Origin: an uncultured Akkermansia sp.
Lineage (GTDB): Bacteria; Verrucomicrobiota; Kiritimatiellia; RFP12; JAAYNR01
Assembly: GCA_964580075.1 (NCBI GenBank)
Contig: CAZOJL010000002.1
Coordinates: forward strand, 6,034-70,033
Direction: 5' to 3'
DNA: 64,000 nucleotides
Positions 36,411 to 46,791 of the stretch are shown one piece after another (positions within the stretch are counted from its first letter, which is position 1; each line of letters begins with the position of its first letter). Both the position numbers and the translations under genes were made by a program. The notes below the pieces were generated by a model. That model was not told the origin of the DNA and did not search any database. It saw only the letters and a list, made by a program, of their open reading frames with translations.

Positions 36411-39272
36411 ATGACACTAACACCATACCACGCCAAGTATTACGCCTACGAACTCACTCGCCGCTGTTCATCCGACAGCATGGAGAAGTTCGCCGGCGTT
36501 GTCGCCGGCGCCCAGGTCGATCTGAACCCGCACCAGGTCGACGCAGCCCTATTCGCTTTCAACTCGCCACTCTCCCGCGGGGCACTCTTGGCCGACGAAG
36601 TAGGCCTGGGCAAGACCATCGAGGCTGGCATCGTCCTCTCCCAGAAGTGGGCCGAACGCAAACGCAAGATCCTCATCATCACACCGGCCAGTCTCCGCAA
36701 ACAATGGTTCCAGGAGATGGAGGACAAGTTCTTCCTGCCGTCCTGCATTCTCGAAACCCGATCTTACAACGAAGCTATCCGCCAAACCAGCCTACGCCCC
36801 TTCGAGGTGCCTGGAAAACTCGTCATCTGCTCCTACCAGTTCGCCCGCGCGAAAGCATCGGACGTTCAGGCCGTTCCCTGGGATCTCGTAGTCATTGACG
36901 AAGCCCACCGCTTGCGCAACGTCTACAAACCCAACAACGTCATAGCCAACACCCTGAAACAGGCCCTCGCACACGCGCCGAAACTCTTGCTCACCGCCAC
37001 CCCGCTTCAGAACTCCCTTCTGGAACTCTTCGGCCTCGTTAGTTTCATTGACGAACACGCCTTCGGCGACCTCCCGAGTTTCCGCGAACAGTTCGTCAAC
37101 CTCGACCAGCGCCAAGTTTTCGACACCCTCAAGGTCCGCCTCAAACCCATCTGCCAGCGCACCCTTCGCCGCCAGGTTACATCCTACATTCCCTTCACCA
37201 AGCGCCACCCGTTGTTGGAGGAGTTCACGCCAGAAGAGAGCGAGGATCGCCTCTACAACCTCGTCTCGGAATATCTGCAACGCGACAACCTGTTCGCCCT
37301 TCCACCAAGCCAGCGCTCCCTGATGACCCTCGTTCTTCGGAAACTCCTGGCCTCATCCACCTTCGCCATTGCCGGTGCCCTGAACACCATTTCCAACCGC
37401 CTGAAACTGACGCTCCACCGAAAATCGCCGGAACAATCCCTCGAAGAGGAACTGGACCAAGATTACGAAACCCTCGACGAAACTGCCGACGAATGGCAGG
37501 ACGAAAGCGCCGCCGCCGACCTCACAGATGACGACCGCTCCGCTTTGAAACAGGAAATCGCAGACCTCGACGCCTTTGCCACCCTCGCCACCTCCATTCA
37601 CCACAATGCCAAGGGCAAGGCGCTGGTCAAGGCGCTCACTGTCGCCTTTGCAAAGGCTGCCGAACTCGGCGCCCCCCAGAAAGCCGTCATCTTCACAGAA
37701 TCCCGCCGCACCCAGGACTACCTGCAACGCGTTCTCTCAGACAGTCCGTTTGCCGAAGGGATCGTTCTGTTCAACGGATCAAACACGGACGAAGGTTCCC
37801 GCCAGATATACAGCGCCTGGCACGACAAGCACCAAGGAACCGACCGTGTCAGCGGCTCCCGCACGGCCGACATGCGTTCCGCCCTCGTGGACTATTTCAG
37901 AGATCAGGGCCGGATCATGATTGCCACCGAGGCCGGCGCCGAAGGCATCAACCTCCAGTTCTGCTCCCTGATTGTGAACTACGACCTGCCCTGGAACCCC
38001 CAACGCATCGAACAGCGTATCGGCCGCTGTCACCGCTACGGTCAAAAACACGATGTCGTGGTGGTCAATTTCCTCAATCGTAAAAACGAGGCCGACCAGC
38101 GCGTCTACCAACTTCTGGCCGAGAAATTCAAACTCTTCGAGGGTGTTTTCGGCGCCAGCGATGAAATTCTCGGCACCATCGGCGCAGGCGTGGACTTCGA
38201 GAAACGCATCGCCGGCATCTACCAACGTTGCCGCAAGCATGAGGAGATCAGGACCGCATTCGATCAACTCCAACTGGAACTCAACCTCGAAATCAACGAG
38301 GCCATGACCCAGACCCGGCGCAAACTCCTCGAGAACTTCGACGATGAGGTCCGCGAAAAGCTAAAGGTGCGTGACGAAACATCAAAGGCCGTTCTCACCC
38401 GCTTCGAATACACCCTCATGCGCCTTACCCGCCACGAACTGGAGGGCCACGCCGAGTTTATCGATGACGGTTCCTTCCGCCTCACAACCGCCCCCTTTCC
38501 GGCCTTTTCGGGTGTCATCCCTCTTGGCCTGTACGAACTCCCGCGCCGTTCCGGCGAAGCGCACACCTACCGCCTCAGTCATCCTCTCGCCGTCGAGATC
38601 GTCAAGCGCGCCAAGGAACGCGACCTACCGATTTCCGAAGTCTGTTTCCGGTACAGCGAACATGAAGGCAAAGTCACGGCGCTAAAGCCGCTGGTCGGCC
38701 GCTGCGGATGGCTTTCCGTCGCACAGTTCACGGTCGAATCCCTCGATCAGGCCGAAGACCACCTGATACTCGTTGCCACCACAGACGATGGCGCATTGAT
38801 TGACGAAGAAGCCGCCCGCCGCTTGTTTTCCCTGCCAGGTGCCCCCGTCGGCCAGGAGACCACCGCACCCCCACCACCGGCCCTGCAAGACCTTGTCCAG
38901 CAGCGCCAGACTGCCATCACACGCACCATCTCCGAACGCAACGCTCGATTCTTCGAGACCGAGGCCACCAAACTGGAAAACTGGGCCGACGACGTGAAAC
39001 TCGGCCTCGAACGCGACATCAAGAACCTTGACCGACAAATCCGGGAAACCCGACGTGCGGCCACCGTCGCACTCACCTTAGAGGAGAAACTCGCCGGCCA
39101 GAAACAGATCAAAGCCCTTGAATCCCAGCGCAGCGAGAAACGCCGCTCCCTGTTCGAAGCACAGGATCAGGTGGACCGCCAACGCGCAGAGTTCATCTCG
39201 ATAATCGAAGGGAAACTGAAACAACAGACCGACCTCTCAACCGTCCTGACACTTCAATGGAGACTCGAATAA
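36411..39272 (+). CDS. SNF2-family (RapA/HepA-like) DEAD/DEAH helicase with a C-terminal coiled-coil extension
   Basis: SNF2_N motifs (LLADEVGLGKTIEAG, LVVIDEAHRLRN), helicase C domain (LIVNYDLPWNPQRIEQRIGRCHRYGQK), and a ~400-aa C-terminal region with coiled-coil character. Start uncertain; the ORF opens at 36309. Confidence 0.8.
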   Translation: MTLTPYHAKYYAYELTRRCSSDSMEKFAGVVAGAQVDLNPHQVDAALFAFNSPLSRGALLADEVGLGKTIEAGIVLSQKWAERKRKILIITPASLRKQWFQEMEDKFFLPSCILETRSYNEAIRQTSLRPFEVPGKLVICSYQFARAKASDVQAVPWDLVVIDEAHRLRNVYKPNNVIANTLKQALAHAPKLLLTATPLQNSLLELFGLVSFIDEHAFGDLPSFREQFVNLDQRQVFDTLKVRLKPICQRTLRRQVTSYIPFTKRHPLLEEFTPEESEDRLYNLVSEYLQRDNLFALPPSQRSLMTLVLRKLLASSTFAIAGALNTISNRLKLTLHRKSPEQSLEEELDQDYETLDETADEWQDESAAADLTDDDRSALKQEIADLDAFATLATSIHHNAKGKALVKALTVAFAKAAELGAPQKAVIFTESRRTQDYLQRVLSDSPFAEGIVLFNGSNTDEGSRQIYSAWHDKHQGTDRVSGSRTADMRSALVDYFRDQGRIMIATEAGAEGINLQFCSLIVNYDLPWNPQRIEQRIGRCHRYGQKHDVVVVNFLNRKNEADQRVYQLLAEKFKLFEGVFGASDEILGTIGAGVDFEKRIAGIYQRCRKHEEIRTAFDQLQLELNLEINEAMTQTRRKLLENFDDEVREKLKVRDETSKAVLTRFEYTLMRLTRHELEGHAEFIDDGSFRLTTAPFPAFSGVIPLGLYELPRRSGEAHTYRLSHPLAVEIVKRAKERDLPISEVCFRYSEHEGKVTALKPLVGRCGWLSVAQFTVESLDQAEDHLILVATTDDGALIDEEAARRLFSLPGAPVGQETTAPPPPALQDLVQQRQTAITRTISERNARFFETEATKLENWADDVKLGLERDIKNLDRQIRETRRAATVALTLEEKLAGQKQIKALESQRSEKRRSLFEAQDQVDRQRAEFISIIEGKLKQQTDLSTVLTLQWRLE

Positions 39273-39457
39273 TGCATAAAGAAACCCCGTCAGAACAACT
39301 CGCCGCCAAGATCGCCGACCGCCTAGTCAAAGAAGGTCTCTTGCCCCCGGATGCCGCCACCAGACTCAAACCCAAACTGGCCCAAGGAACCGTTACCCAA
39401 GATGACTGGAGACTTCCAATAGAACTGGGAGACAAGAAGAAGGAGGCTGCAAAATGA
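39272..39457 (+). CDS. Small hypothetical protein (~61 aa), translationally coupled between the SNF2 helicase and the ATPase
   Basis: TAATG overlap with the SNF2 stop and ATGA overlap with the ATPase start. Lys/Glu-rich, no recognisable domain. Confidence 0.35.
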   Translation: MHKETPSEQLAAKIADRLVKEGLLPPDAATRLKPKLAQGTVTQDDWRLPIELGDKKKEAAK

Positions 39458-41784
39458 GCATTCCAAGTCTAGTGAGCAATCCAGGTCTTCGGCAACTCAC
39501 CGTCGAGAACCTCCGCGGAGCTGTGGTCCCGTTCACGCTCCCTTTTGAGAAGAACAAGAAACTCACAATCGTCTACGGAGAGAATGCCACAGGCAAGTCA
39601 ACCATTTGCGATGCATTCGACTTTCTCGGGAAAGGAAATGTCGGCTCATTGGAAAACCGCGGACTGGGCCGCTCCGAAAGATACTGGCCGTCTATTGGAA
39701 AACCCGCCGGCGCTGTTTCGGTGACACTCGAAACCACCGACCTCGCCAAGTGCTGCGCAAAGATCGGAACAGGAGGTGTCACAGTCACGCCCCCGATCCC
39801 ACGTCCACGGGTCGAAGTGTTGCGCCGCAAACAAATACTCAAACTGATTGAGGCAACCGAGAGCGAACGCTACACGGAAATCCGCCGCTTCATTGACGTG
39901 TCGGCCGTGGAAACATCGGAAGGCACCCTTAACCAGTTGATCAAAGACCTGAACGCCAACCGCAACATTGCCGCAGCACGGTTAACAGAGAACCTAGACG
40001 CACTGACCAACTACTGGAACGCGGCCAGTCAACCAGGAAGCAATGCCCTGACATGGGCAACCACAGAAGCAAAACGAAACCAAACCACTTTAGACAAGGA
40101 GGCGGCCGCCCTGGCTTCACTTCAAGCCGCCTATGCCAGACTCACAGACTACCCGGCGCAACTCACGGCAACCACCCACACCCAGAATGCTGCAAAGGAG
40201 GCGGATGATGCCGCACAGGTCGCCGCAAAACAGTGCGCCCAAACGATTGCTGCAGACGCTGATGAGGTAATCGGCGTACTCCAAGCTGCCCAGACGTACC
40301 TGCACATACACCCGACACCCAAGGTCTGCCCTCTCTGCGAGAGCGCCGAAAAGACGGCAGGTCTGAACCAACGTATTTCACAACGCCTTGGTGCATTCGC
40401 GGCCCTCCAATCGGCACAGGGTCAAGTGAAGACTACCGCCACCGCCGTCCAACGCGCGGAGGCCCAACTCGAAGTCCTGAAGGCCGACGCAAAACGTAAC
40501 GCCGAAACATTTGAGAAAGCACGCACCGACTTTGCCTGGCCCGCGGACATACCACTACCAACATCACCCGCCCCCACGGACATCACCGCACTTGCGACAT
40601 GGCTTGCCGATACCGGTCCCCTGCCTGCCCAATGGAAACAAGCCGAAACCACCCGCCTGGACAAAAAACAGTTCATTGCCTCATTAAATGGGGCACTGAA
40701 AACATACAACGAGAATGTCAATACACAGAAGGAACTGGACGTTCTCCTGCCGAAACTCGATCACGCCTTGAAGATCGTCATTGAGGAACGCCGTGACTTC
40801 ACAGGAAAGATACTGGCGAACATCGCCACAGAAGTCGGCCGCATGTACGAACTCGTTCACCCAGGCGAAGGCCTGAGCAAGATCAGCTTGCAACTCGATC
40901 CCAAGAAACGTGCCTCTTTAGGAATTGGAGCCCCATTCGGCACCATGAAGGAGACCCCGCCGCAAGCCTACTTCAGCGACTCGCACCTCGACACACTAGG
41001 CTTGTGCATTTACTTGGCACTCACCGGACGAGATGAACCGGAGAAGATCATTCTCATAATTGACGACGTACTTGCGAGCGTTGACGAACCCCACGTTCAA
41101 CGACTCATCGAGATGTTGTACGACGAGACGGCAAAGTTCCGGCATTGTCTGATCACCACCCATTACCGCCCATGGAAAGAAAAGTTCCGATGGGGTTGGC
41201 TCAAGAATGCGCAATGCCAGTTTATCGAGTTGAAGGACTGGACGACAACCGAAGGCATCACACATGCCAACAGCGTGCCGGATATTGACCGCCTAAAGTC
41301 ACTTATAGCAGAGAAATCACCTGATTCCCAACTCGTATGCTCCAAAGCCGGCGTGATGTTGGAAGCGGCACTCGAGTTCCTGACCTTACTGTACCAATGC
41401 CGAGTTCCCCGAAAACCCGGCGATACATACACAGTCGGCGACCTCCTACCGGCGATTGACGACAAACTGCGCAAGTCCCTGCAAGTAGAGTGCGCCGTGA
41501 CAGACAAAGCCGGGACAGTCACATACCAAACGAAACAACTCGGCCCAATATTCGATGAACTGGACCGAATCTTCCAACTCCGGAATGTCTTCGGCTGCCA
41601 CTTCAACGAGATATCCTTCACCCTTCTGAACTCGGATGCCCTGACGTTTGGCAAGAAGGTGCTGGAGTTGATCGAAACCCTCGCCGATCCCGATGCCGGA
41701 TGGCCCCGCAGCGACAAGTCCGGCAACTACTGGGCGACCGCCAAGGAAACACGCCGGTTGCACCCCTTAAAGAAACCCAAGTGA
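39454..41784 (+). CDS. ABC/SMC-like (AAA_15/AAA_23-type) ATPase with a long coiled-coil insert and a C-terminal domain of unknown function
   Basis: N-terminal Walker A (GENATGKST) and a ~350-aa Ala/Gln-rich coiled coil. ABC-signature-like FSDSHLDTLGL, Walker B/D-loop IILIIDDVLASVDEPH, and H-loop ITTH. Confidence 0.75.
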   Translation: MSIPSLVSNPGLRQLTVENLRGAVVPFTLPFEKNKKLTIVYGENATGKSTICDAFDFLGKGNVGSLENRGLGRSERYWPSIGKPAGAVSVTLETTDLAKCCAKIGTGGVTVTPPIPRPRVEVLRRKQILKLIEATESERYTEIRRFIDVSAVETSEGTLNQLIKDLNANRNIAAARLTENLDALTNYWNAASQPGSNALTWATTEAKRNQTTLDKEAAALASLQAAYARLTDYPAQLTATTHTQNAAKEADDAAQVAAKQCAQTIAADADEVIGVLQAAQTYLHIHPTPKVCPLCESAEKTAGLNQRISQRLGAFAALQSAQGQVKTTATAVQRAEAQLEVLKADAKRNAETFEKARTDFAWPADIPLPTSPAPTDITALATWLADTGPLPAQWKQAETTRLDKKQFIASLNGALKTYNENVNTQKELDVLLPKLDHALKIVIEERRDFTGKILANIATEVGRMYELVHPGEGLSKISLQLDPKKRASLGIGAPFGTMKETPPQAYFSDSHLDTLGLCIYLALTGRDEPEKIILIIDDVLASVDEPHVQRLIEMLYDETAKFRHCLITTHYRPWKEKFRWGWLKNAQCQFIELKDWTTTEGITHANSVPDIDRLKSLIAEKSPDSQLVCSKAGVMLEAALEFLTLLYQCRVPRKPGDTYTVGDLLPAIDDKLRKSLQVECAVTDKAGTVTYQTKQLGPIFDELDRIFQLRNVFGCHFNEISFTLLNSDALTFGKKVLELIETLADPDAGWPRSDKSGNYWATAKETRRLHPLKKPK

Positions 41785-41843
41785 CACCTCTACTGTTCAC
41801 AAAACCCGGACTTAACGACCGACCGGAAGGAACCAAACGCACT

Positions 41844-43646
41844 ATGAGCCCCTTAACTCCGGCATACCTGGCCATACTTAAGAAACATCTCGCTGACAGG
41901 TACGTTGTTCACCTGCCACCACTCGCAAAGAACAGCAAAAACTCCGATGAAGTGGAGAAGAAAAACCTTTCGCGGGCTTTCAGCGCCTTCACATTGCATC
42001 ACCTTACTGGCGTTTCTGAAAAAGAAGCCGCAGAGTCAGTTGTGGACGATTTTGAAGACGTTGGTTTGGACGCCGTGTATTACTTCGCACCAACAGAGAC
42101 ACTTTTCCTGGTACAGTCCAAACTGAAAGCATCGGAAGAATTCAGCCAAGACGAAGCACTGGCGTTTTGTCAAGGCATACGCAAACTGATCAAAGAGGAC
42201 TTCAACGGGTTCAATGAACACGTGACACGACGCCAGACGGAAATCGAAGGCGCATTGGAACTATGCCGTGAGATCCAACTTGTTGTCGCACACACCGGTT
42301 CCGGCATCAGCAAACATGCTCGAACCGCTTTAGACGAACTCCGCCAGGATGAGACCCACGACGAACTACGGTTCACCCCCCCAATCCTGGATTTTGATGC
42401 AAACAAAGTAGTAAACGGCCTGCAAGGAAGTCATGCCTACAAACGCGTCGACACGAAACTTGTTGTCAGGAACTGCAAACACATTGCCGAACCAAGATCG
42501 ACATACTTCGGTCTAGCCAATATCATAGACTTGGTCGCACTGCACAAGACACATGACAAGGCACTCTACGACAAGAACATCCGGACATTTCTCGGTCACG
42601 AGACAGACGTGAATAAGGCTATCCAGAAGACATTAGCCGAGAAACCTGACCACTTTATCTACCTGAATAACGGCGTCACAGTGCTCTGCCAACAGATCGA
42701 CCCGAAGGACACTAACAAGAAGGAAGGCAGGCGCTTGGTAATCAAGGGGTTTTCCGTGGTGAACGGCGCCCAGACGATTGCGTCGTCCGCAAAGTATGTG
42801 GCCGATAACCCGGGTGCAAATATAGATTTTGCCCGCGTTTTGATCACACTGATTGAAGCTGCCGCTGACGGCGACTTTGGGAAGTCCGTCACCAGAGCCC
42901 GTAATCATCAGAATGAAGTCAAACAGTCCAACTTCGCTGCCCTTGACGACGGTCAGGAGAGACTTCGCAGGGATTTGGCGCAACTTGATATTCAGTACGC
43001 ATACAAGGCAGGAAGAACCGAAGGACCAGATGATCCCAACCGAATTCAGATTGAGGAAGCAGTTCAGGCATTGGCGCTACTTCAGGGCGACCCGCGATAC
43101 GCCGTCCGGTTGAAGAAGCAACCCGCTGACCTATTGAACACGGAGTCCGACCAGTACAAGGAACTTTTCGGTTCATCGCTCACTGCTTTCCAACTACTCA
43201 ATGCGGTTCTTGTAAATCGTTACGTCCAACGCCGGATTGGAGAAGAAGTCGGGAGAACGGGCGGCCAGGAAAGACTCGTTTACAAGCACGGGAACCACGT
43301 GATCGCATGGATACTCGCCAAGTGTGTAATGAAGGCCATTAACGAACCGGCACGCATAGACAACGCTAAACTCAACACTTTACTTAGCGTGCCGTTCGAT
43401 GAAATCAGACAAAAGCAATGGGACAAGGCCCAACCAGCCCTTGCGCAACGCGGACCGTTGTCTTTGTTCCGCAACCAAACCCATACCATCCCATTGATGC
43501 AACACCTCATGATCGACTTCTACGGTCTGACAAACGATCCAGTCATAGGACACAAACTCGCACAACAGCAACCTGGCGACCTCTATCCAACGCACCTCTT
43601 CGCGTACCTGATTCAACGGGCGCCCCAGATCGGGGGACTCTCATGA
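41844..43646 (+). CDS. AIPR-family (abortive infection phage resistance) protein
   Basis: N-terminal AIPR signature (SRAFSAFTLHHL..VDDFEDVGLDAVYYF..LFLVQSKL) and the central motif FIYLNNGVTVLC..GFSVVNGAQT characteristic of PF10592-type proteins. GGAAGG Shine-Dalgarno before the ATG at 41844; ATGA overlap with the downstream mod. Confidence 0.7.
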   Translation: MSPLTPAYLAILKKHLADRYVVHLPPLAKNSKNSDEVEKKNLSRAFSAFTLHHLTGVSEKEAAESVVDDFEDVGLDAVYYFAPTETLFLVQSKLKASEEFSQDEALAFCQGIRKLIKEDFNGFNEHVTRRQTEIEGALELCREIQLVVAHTGSGISKHARTALDELRQDETHDELRFTPPILDFDANKVVNGLQGSHAYKRVDTKLVVRNCKHIAEPRSTYFGLANIIDLVALHKTHDKALYDKNIRTFLGHETDVNKAIQKTLAEKPDHFIYLNNGVTVLCQQIDPKDTNKKEGRRLVIKGFSVVNGAQTIASSAKYVADNPGANIDFARVLITLIEAAADGDFGKSVTRARNHQNEVKQSNFAALDDGQERLRRDLAQLDIQYAYKAGRTEGPDDPNRIQIEEAVQALALLQGDPRYAVRLKKQPADLLNTESDQYKELFGSSLTAFQLLNAVLVNRYVQRRIGEEVGRTGGQERLVYKHGNHVIAWILAKCVMKAINEPARIDNAKLNTLLSVPFDEIRQKQWDKAQPALAQRGPLSLFRNQTHTIPLMQHLMIDFYGLTNDPVIGHKLAQQQPGDLYPTHLFAYLIQRAPQIGGLS

Positions 43647-45397
43647 CCAGACACCTCAAACTCGAACTCACCTGGATCGGCAAGGAGAACCGGCCCCGCC
43701 TGGAGCCGCGCATCCTCCTCGAAGATCCGGAGAAGTCGTATCACGCCGCACATCGGGTGAAGGAATGGCCGCAAGAGAACGCAAAAAACACAAAAGGCTC
43801 AGACTCTTTGCGCTCTCTGTGTTCTTTCGCGGCTAAGAATCCCTCCGATGTCGGCGATCTCTTCGACAACCGCCTCATCTTCGGCGACAACCTCCTCGCC
43901 CTCAAGGCACTTGAGCAAGAGTTCACCGGGAAAATTAGGTGCGTATTCATTGACCCACCCTACAACACGGGTAGCGCATTTACACACTACGACGATGGAG
44001 TTGAGCACTCTCTTTGGCTTTCTCTCATCAGAGATCGACTGGAGATGTTACGTCAACTCCTTGCCGATGACGGTTCTCTTTGGATCACTATTGACGACAA
44101 TGAATCTCATTATCTTAAGGTTTTGTGCGACGAAGTGTTTGGAAGGCAGAACTTCGTTGCCAATGTGGTCTGGCAAAAAAAATCGTCACCGCAACCAAAC
44201 GCGGTTTGGCTTTCCGACAGTCACGACCACATCCTTGTTTACGCGAAAAATAAATCTATATGGCGTCCAAATATGTTGGAGCGCAGTGTTGAAGCGAATT
44301 CGCGTTACAAGAATCCAGACAACGATCCCCGTGGTATGTGGACGTCTGGTGACTGCACAATCAGCTTGACCGGCGGGCAACGCGGAGCGCAGTTCGCTAG
44401 GACCGGTGTTTCGGAGAACATCTATGAAATTCAAACGCCGTCTGGGCGCAAGGTGTCTCCTCCACCTGGAACATGCTGGCGTTTTAGTAAGAAGCGATAT
44501 GAAGAACTGGTAAAAGAATACCGGATTTATTTTGGTGACACCGGCAATAACGTTCCAAGATACAAGAGATTCCTTTCAGAAGTTCAGGAAGGTATTGTCT
44601 GCATGACAGTGTGGCTTCGAACAGAAGTGAGCGATAATCAGGACGCGAAGCGAGAAGTAATGGTATTCAATTCCGAGCAGGTGTTTTCTACACCGAAACC
44701 CGAAAGGCTTTTACAACGCATCGTTGAGTTAGCGTCGAATCCCGGTGACTGGGTGCTCGACTCCTTCGCCGGTTCCGGCACTACGGGTGCGGTCGCTCAC
44801 AAGATGGGCCGGCGCTGGATCATGGTGGAACTGGGCGAGCATTGCCACACACACATCATTCCCCGACTCAAAAAAGTTATTGACGGTGAAGATTCTGGCG
44901 GCATCACGAAGTCCGTGGATTGGAAAGGCGGCGGTGGGTTCCGCTACTACCGGCTCGCGCCGTCGCTGCTGGAAAAGGACAAGTGGGGGCAGTGGGTCAT
45001 CAGCAAGGAGTTTAATGCCGCCATGTTGGCCGAGGCGGCCTGTAAACTGGAAGGGTTCACCTACGCCCCGAGCGACTCTGTCTATTGGCAACACGGGCAC
45101 TCCACCGAACGTGATTTCATCTATGTGACCACCCAGAATCTGAACGCCGCCCAACTTGCGCAGTTGAGCGATGAAGTCGGCCCGGATCGCACCTTGCTCG
45201 TGCTTTGCGCCGCCTTTCGCGCACCACGTGGCGACGCCGCCGAACGCTACCCGAACCTCACGGTGAAGAAGATTCCCAAACAGGTGCTTTCCCGTTGCGA
45301 ATGGGGGCATGATGATTACAGTCTAAACGTGGAGAACTTGCCCAAGGCACCGCCGAAGTTGGGGCAACAGGATCTGTTTGCGGAGGTTGGCAAATGA
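43643..45397 (+). CDS. Type III restriction-modification DNA methyltransferase (Mod subunit, N6-adenine/N4-cytosine class)
   Basis: LKLELTWIGKENRP N-terminus typical of Type III Mod, catalytic DPPYN motif, and a SAM-binding LDSFAGSGTTGAVA motif separated by a large target-recognition region. Confidence 0.85.
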   Translation: MTRHLKLELTWIGKENRPRLEPRILLEDPEKSYHAAHRVKEWPQENAKNTKGSDSLRSLCSFAAKNPSDVGDLFDNRLIFGDNLLALKALEQEFTGKIRCVFIDPPYNTGSAFTHYDDGVEHSLWLSLIRDRLEMLRQLLADDGSLWITIDDNESHYLKVLCDEVFGRQNFVANVVWQKKSSPQPNAVWLSDSHDHILVYAKNKSIWRPNMLERSVEANSRYKNPDNDPRGMWTSGDCTISLTGGQRGAQFARTGVSENIYEIQTPSGRKVSPPPGTCWRFSKKRYEELVKEYRIYFGDTGNNVPRYKRFLSEVQEGIVCMTVWLRTEVSDNQDAKREVMVFNSEQVFSTPKPERLLQRIVELASNPGDWVLDSFAGSGTTGAVAHKMGRRWIMVELGEHCHTHIIPRLKKVIDGEDSGGITKSVDWKGGGGFRYYRLAPSLLEKDKWGQWVISKEFNAAMLAEAACKLEGFTYAPSDSVYWQHGHSTERDFIYVTTQNLNAAQLAQLSDEVGPDRTLLVLCAAFRAPRGDAAERYPNLTVKKIPKQVLSRCEWGHDDYSLNVENLPKAPPKLGQQDLFAEVGK

Positions 45398-46617
45398 AGA
45401 AGAACCCCGCGCTTTATGAACGTGTCCGGCAGATTCTAGAATCTGCCCGGTCAACCGTGGCCCGGTCGGTGAACACGACCCAGGTGGTAGCGAATTGGCT
45501 GATCGGCCAGGAGATTGTGGAGGAAGAGCAAAAGGGAAAGCGCCGGGCTGACTACGGGAACGAGTTGATCATCGACCTGGCAAAACGATTGACGGCGGAT
45601 TTTGGAAACGGGTACTCCAAGGACAATCTCTTCTGGTTCCGCCGATTGTATCAAGGTTATCCGGAACTGCTGGCCCGGCAGAAATTTGACGCACTGCGTC
45701 AAATTTCCGACGCAGTGCCTCGGAAATCTACAGGCACAGGGACTTTTGCAGCATTTCCGTCAAAAACGCGCACCGTGCATAGTTGTTCTGTTGCGGAGAT
45801 TGGCTACGCAGTGCGTAGCCAATCCTGGAAACCCGGCCAACTCCATCCAACCCTCTCCTGGACCCACTACCGGACACTACTGCGCGTGGATAAACCCGAG
45901 ACCCGCGCCTTTTATGAAATCGAGGCAATCAAGAACAATTGGGGGGCGCGGGAACTGGAGCGGCAAATTTGCAGCCTGTTCTATGAACGACTGGCGTTGA
46001 GTCGGGACAAAAAGGGATTGATGCGTCTGGCGACAAAAGGGCAGGTTGTTCAGAAGCCAACGGATGTGTTCAAGGACCCAGTGGTCATGGAATTTCTGGG
46101 GCTTCCGGAATCGCCGAGACTGACCGAAACCGATCTGGAGACCGCCTTGATCAACAATCTCCAGTCATTTCTGCTGGAACTGGGCAAGGGGTTCGCCTTT
46201 GTGGCGCGACAGGGCCGACTGACACTGGACGGCGATCATTTTTACGTGGATCTTGTTTTCTATCATACGATCCTGAAGTGCTACGTGATCATTGATCTCA
46301 AGACCGGCAAACTCACACATCAGGACCTTGGGCAACTTCAACTGTACGTCAACTACTACGACCGGGAGAAACGCGCCACGGGCGATAATCCAACATTGGG
46401 GCTGATTCTCTGCGCCGAGAAGAACGACACCGTGGTGCGGTACACCTTGGGCAAAGACCAGAAAAAGCAGATATTCGCCAGCCGTTATCAGATGTACCTG
46501 CCGACCGAGGCCCAACTGCGGGCCGAGATACGCCGGGAAGTCCGATTGTTGCAAGCGCCAGAGATTGCAACGAAAAAACGCATGGAGCGTAAAGGACGAA
46601 TTGCTGCCCTAAGTTGA
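45394..46617 (+). CDS. DUF1016/YhcG-family protein with a C-terminal PD-(D/E)XK nuclease fold
   Basis: YhcG N-domain (LSWTHYRTLL..RAFYEIEAIKNNWGARELERQI) and C-terminal PD-(D/E)XK signature (DGDHFYVDLVFYH..YVIIDLKTGK). ATGA overlap with the mod stop. Confidence 0.7.
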   Translation: MKKNPALYERVRQILESARSTVARSVNTTQVVANWLIGQEIVEEEQKGKRRADYGNELIIDLAKRLTADFGNGYSKDNLFWFRRLYQGYPELLARQKFDALRQISDAVPRKSTGTGTFAAFPSKTRTVHSCSVAEIGYAVRSQSWKPGQLHPTLSWTHYRTLLRVDKPETRAFYEIEAIKNNWGARELERQICSLFYERLALSRDKKGLMRLATKGQVVQKPTDVFKDPVVMEFLGLPESPRLTETDLETALINNLQSFLLELGKGFAFVARQGRLTLDGDHFYVDLVFYHTILKCYVIIDLKTGKLTHQDLGQLQLYVNYYDREKRATGDNPTLGLILCAEKNDTVVRYTLGKDQKKQIFASRYQMYLPTEAQLRAEIRREVRLLQAPEIATKKRMERKGRIAALS

Positions 46618-46710
46618 ATACAGTTCATCTGGACAATTTACCATGTCCACGTCAAAACCGGAGCAGATCGAATGGCTATGAATGACATAACCGCACCCGA
46701 AGACCAACAA

Positions 46711-46787
46711 CCACTTCGCGCCTTCGCGTCTTCGCGTGAAATCCCAACGCAGACAGTCTCACGCGAAGGCGCGAAGGCGCGAAGTGG
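46711..46787. repeat. 29-bp near-perfect inverted repeat (CCACTTCGCGCCTTCGCGTCTTCGCGTGA / TCACGCGAAGGCGCGAAGGCGCGAAGTGG) with a 19-nt loop, immediately 5' of the GxxExxY start. A direct copy of the left arm lies 3' of the gene at 47172-47196.
   Basis: Seen directly; the arms are reverse complements with 1-2 mismatches. Confidence 0.7.
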
Positions 46788-46791
46788 GGAG

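Noticed and set aside
46618-46680. Small GGACA..TGTCC hairpin after the DUF1016 gene as an intrinsic terminator
   Set aside because: The stem is only 5 bp with no following T-tract, and the downstream genes appear translationally coupled into the same operon.
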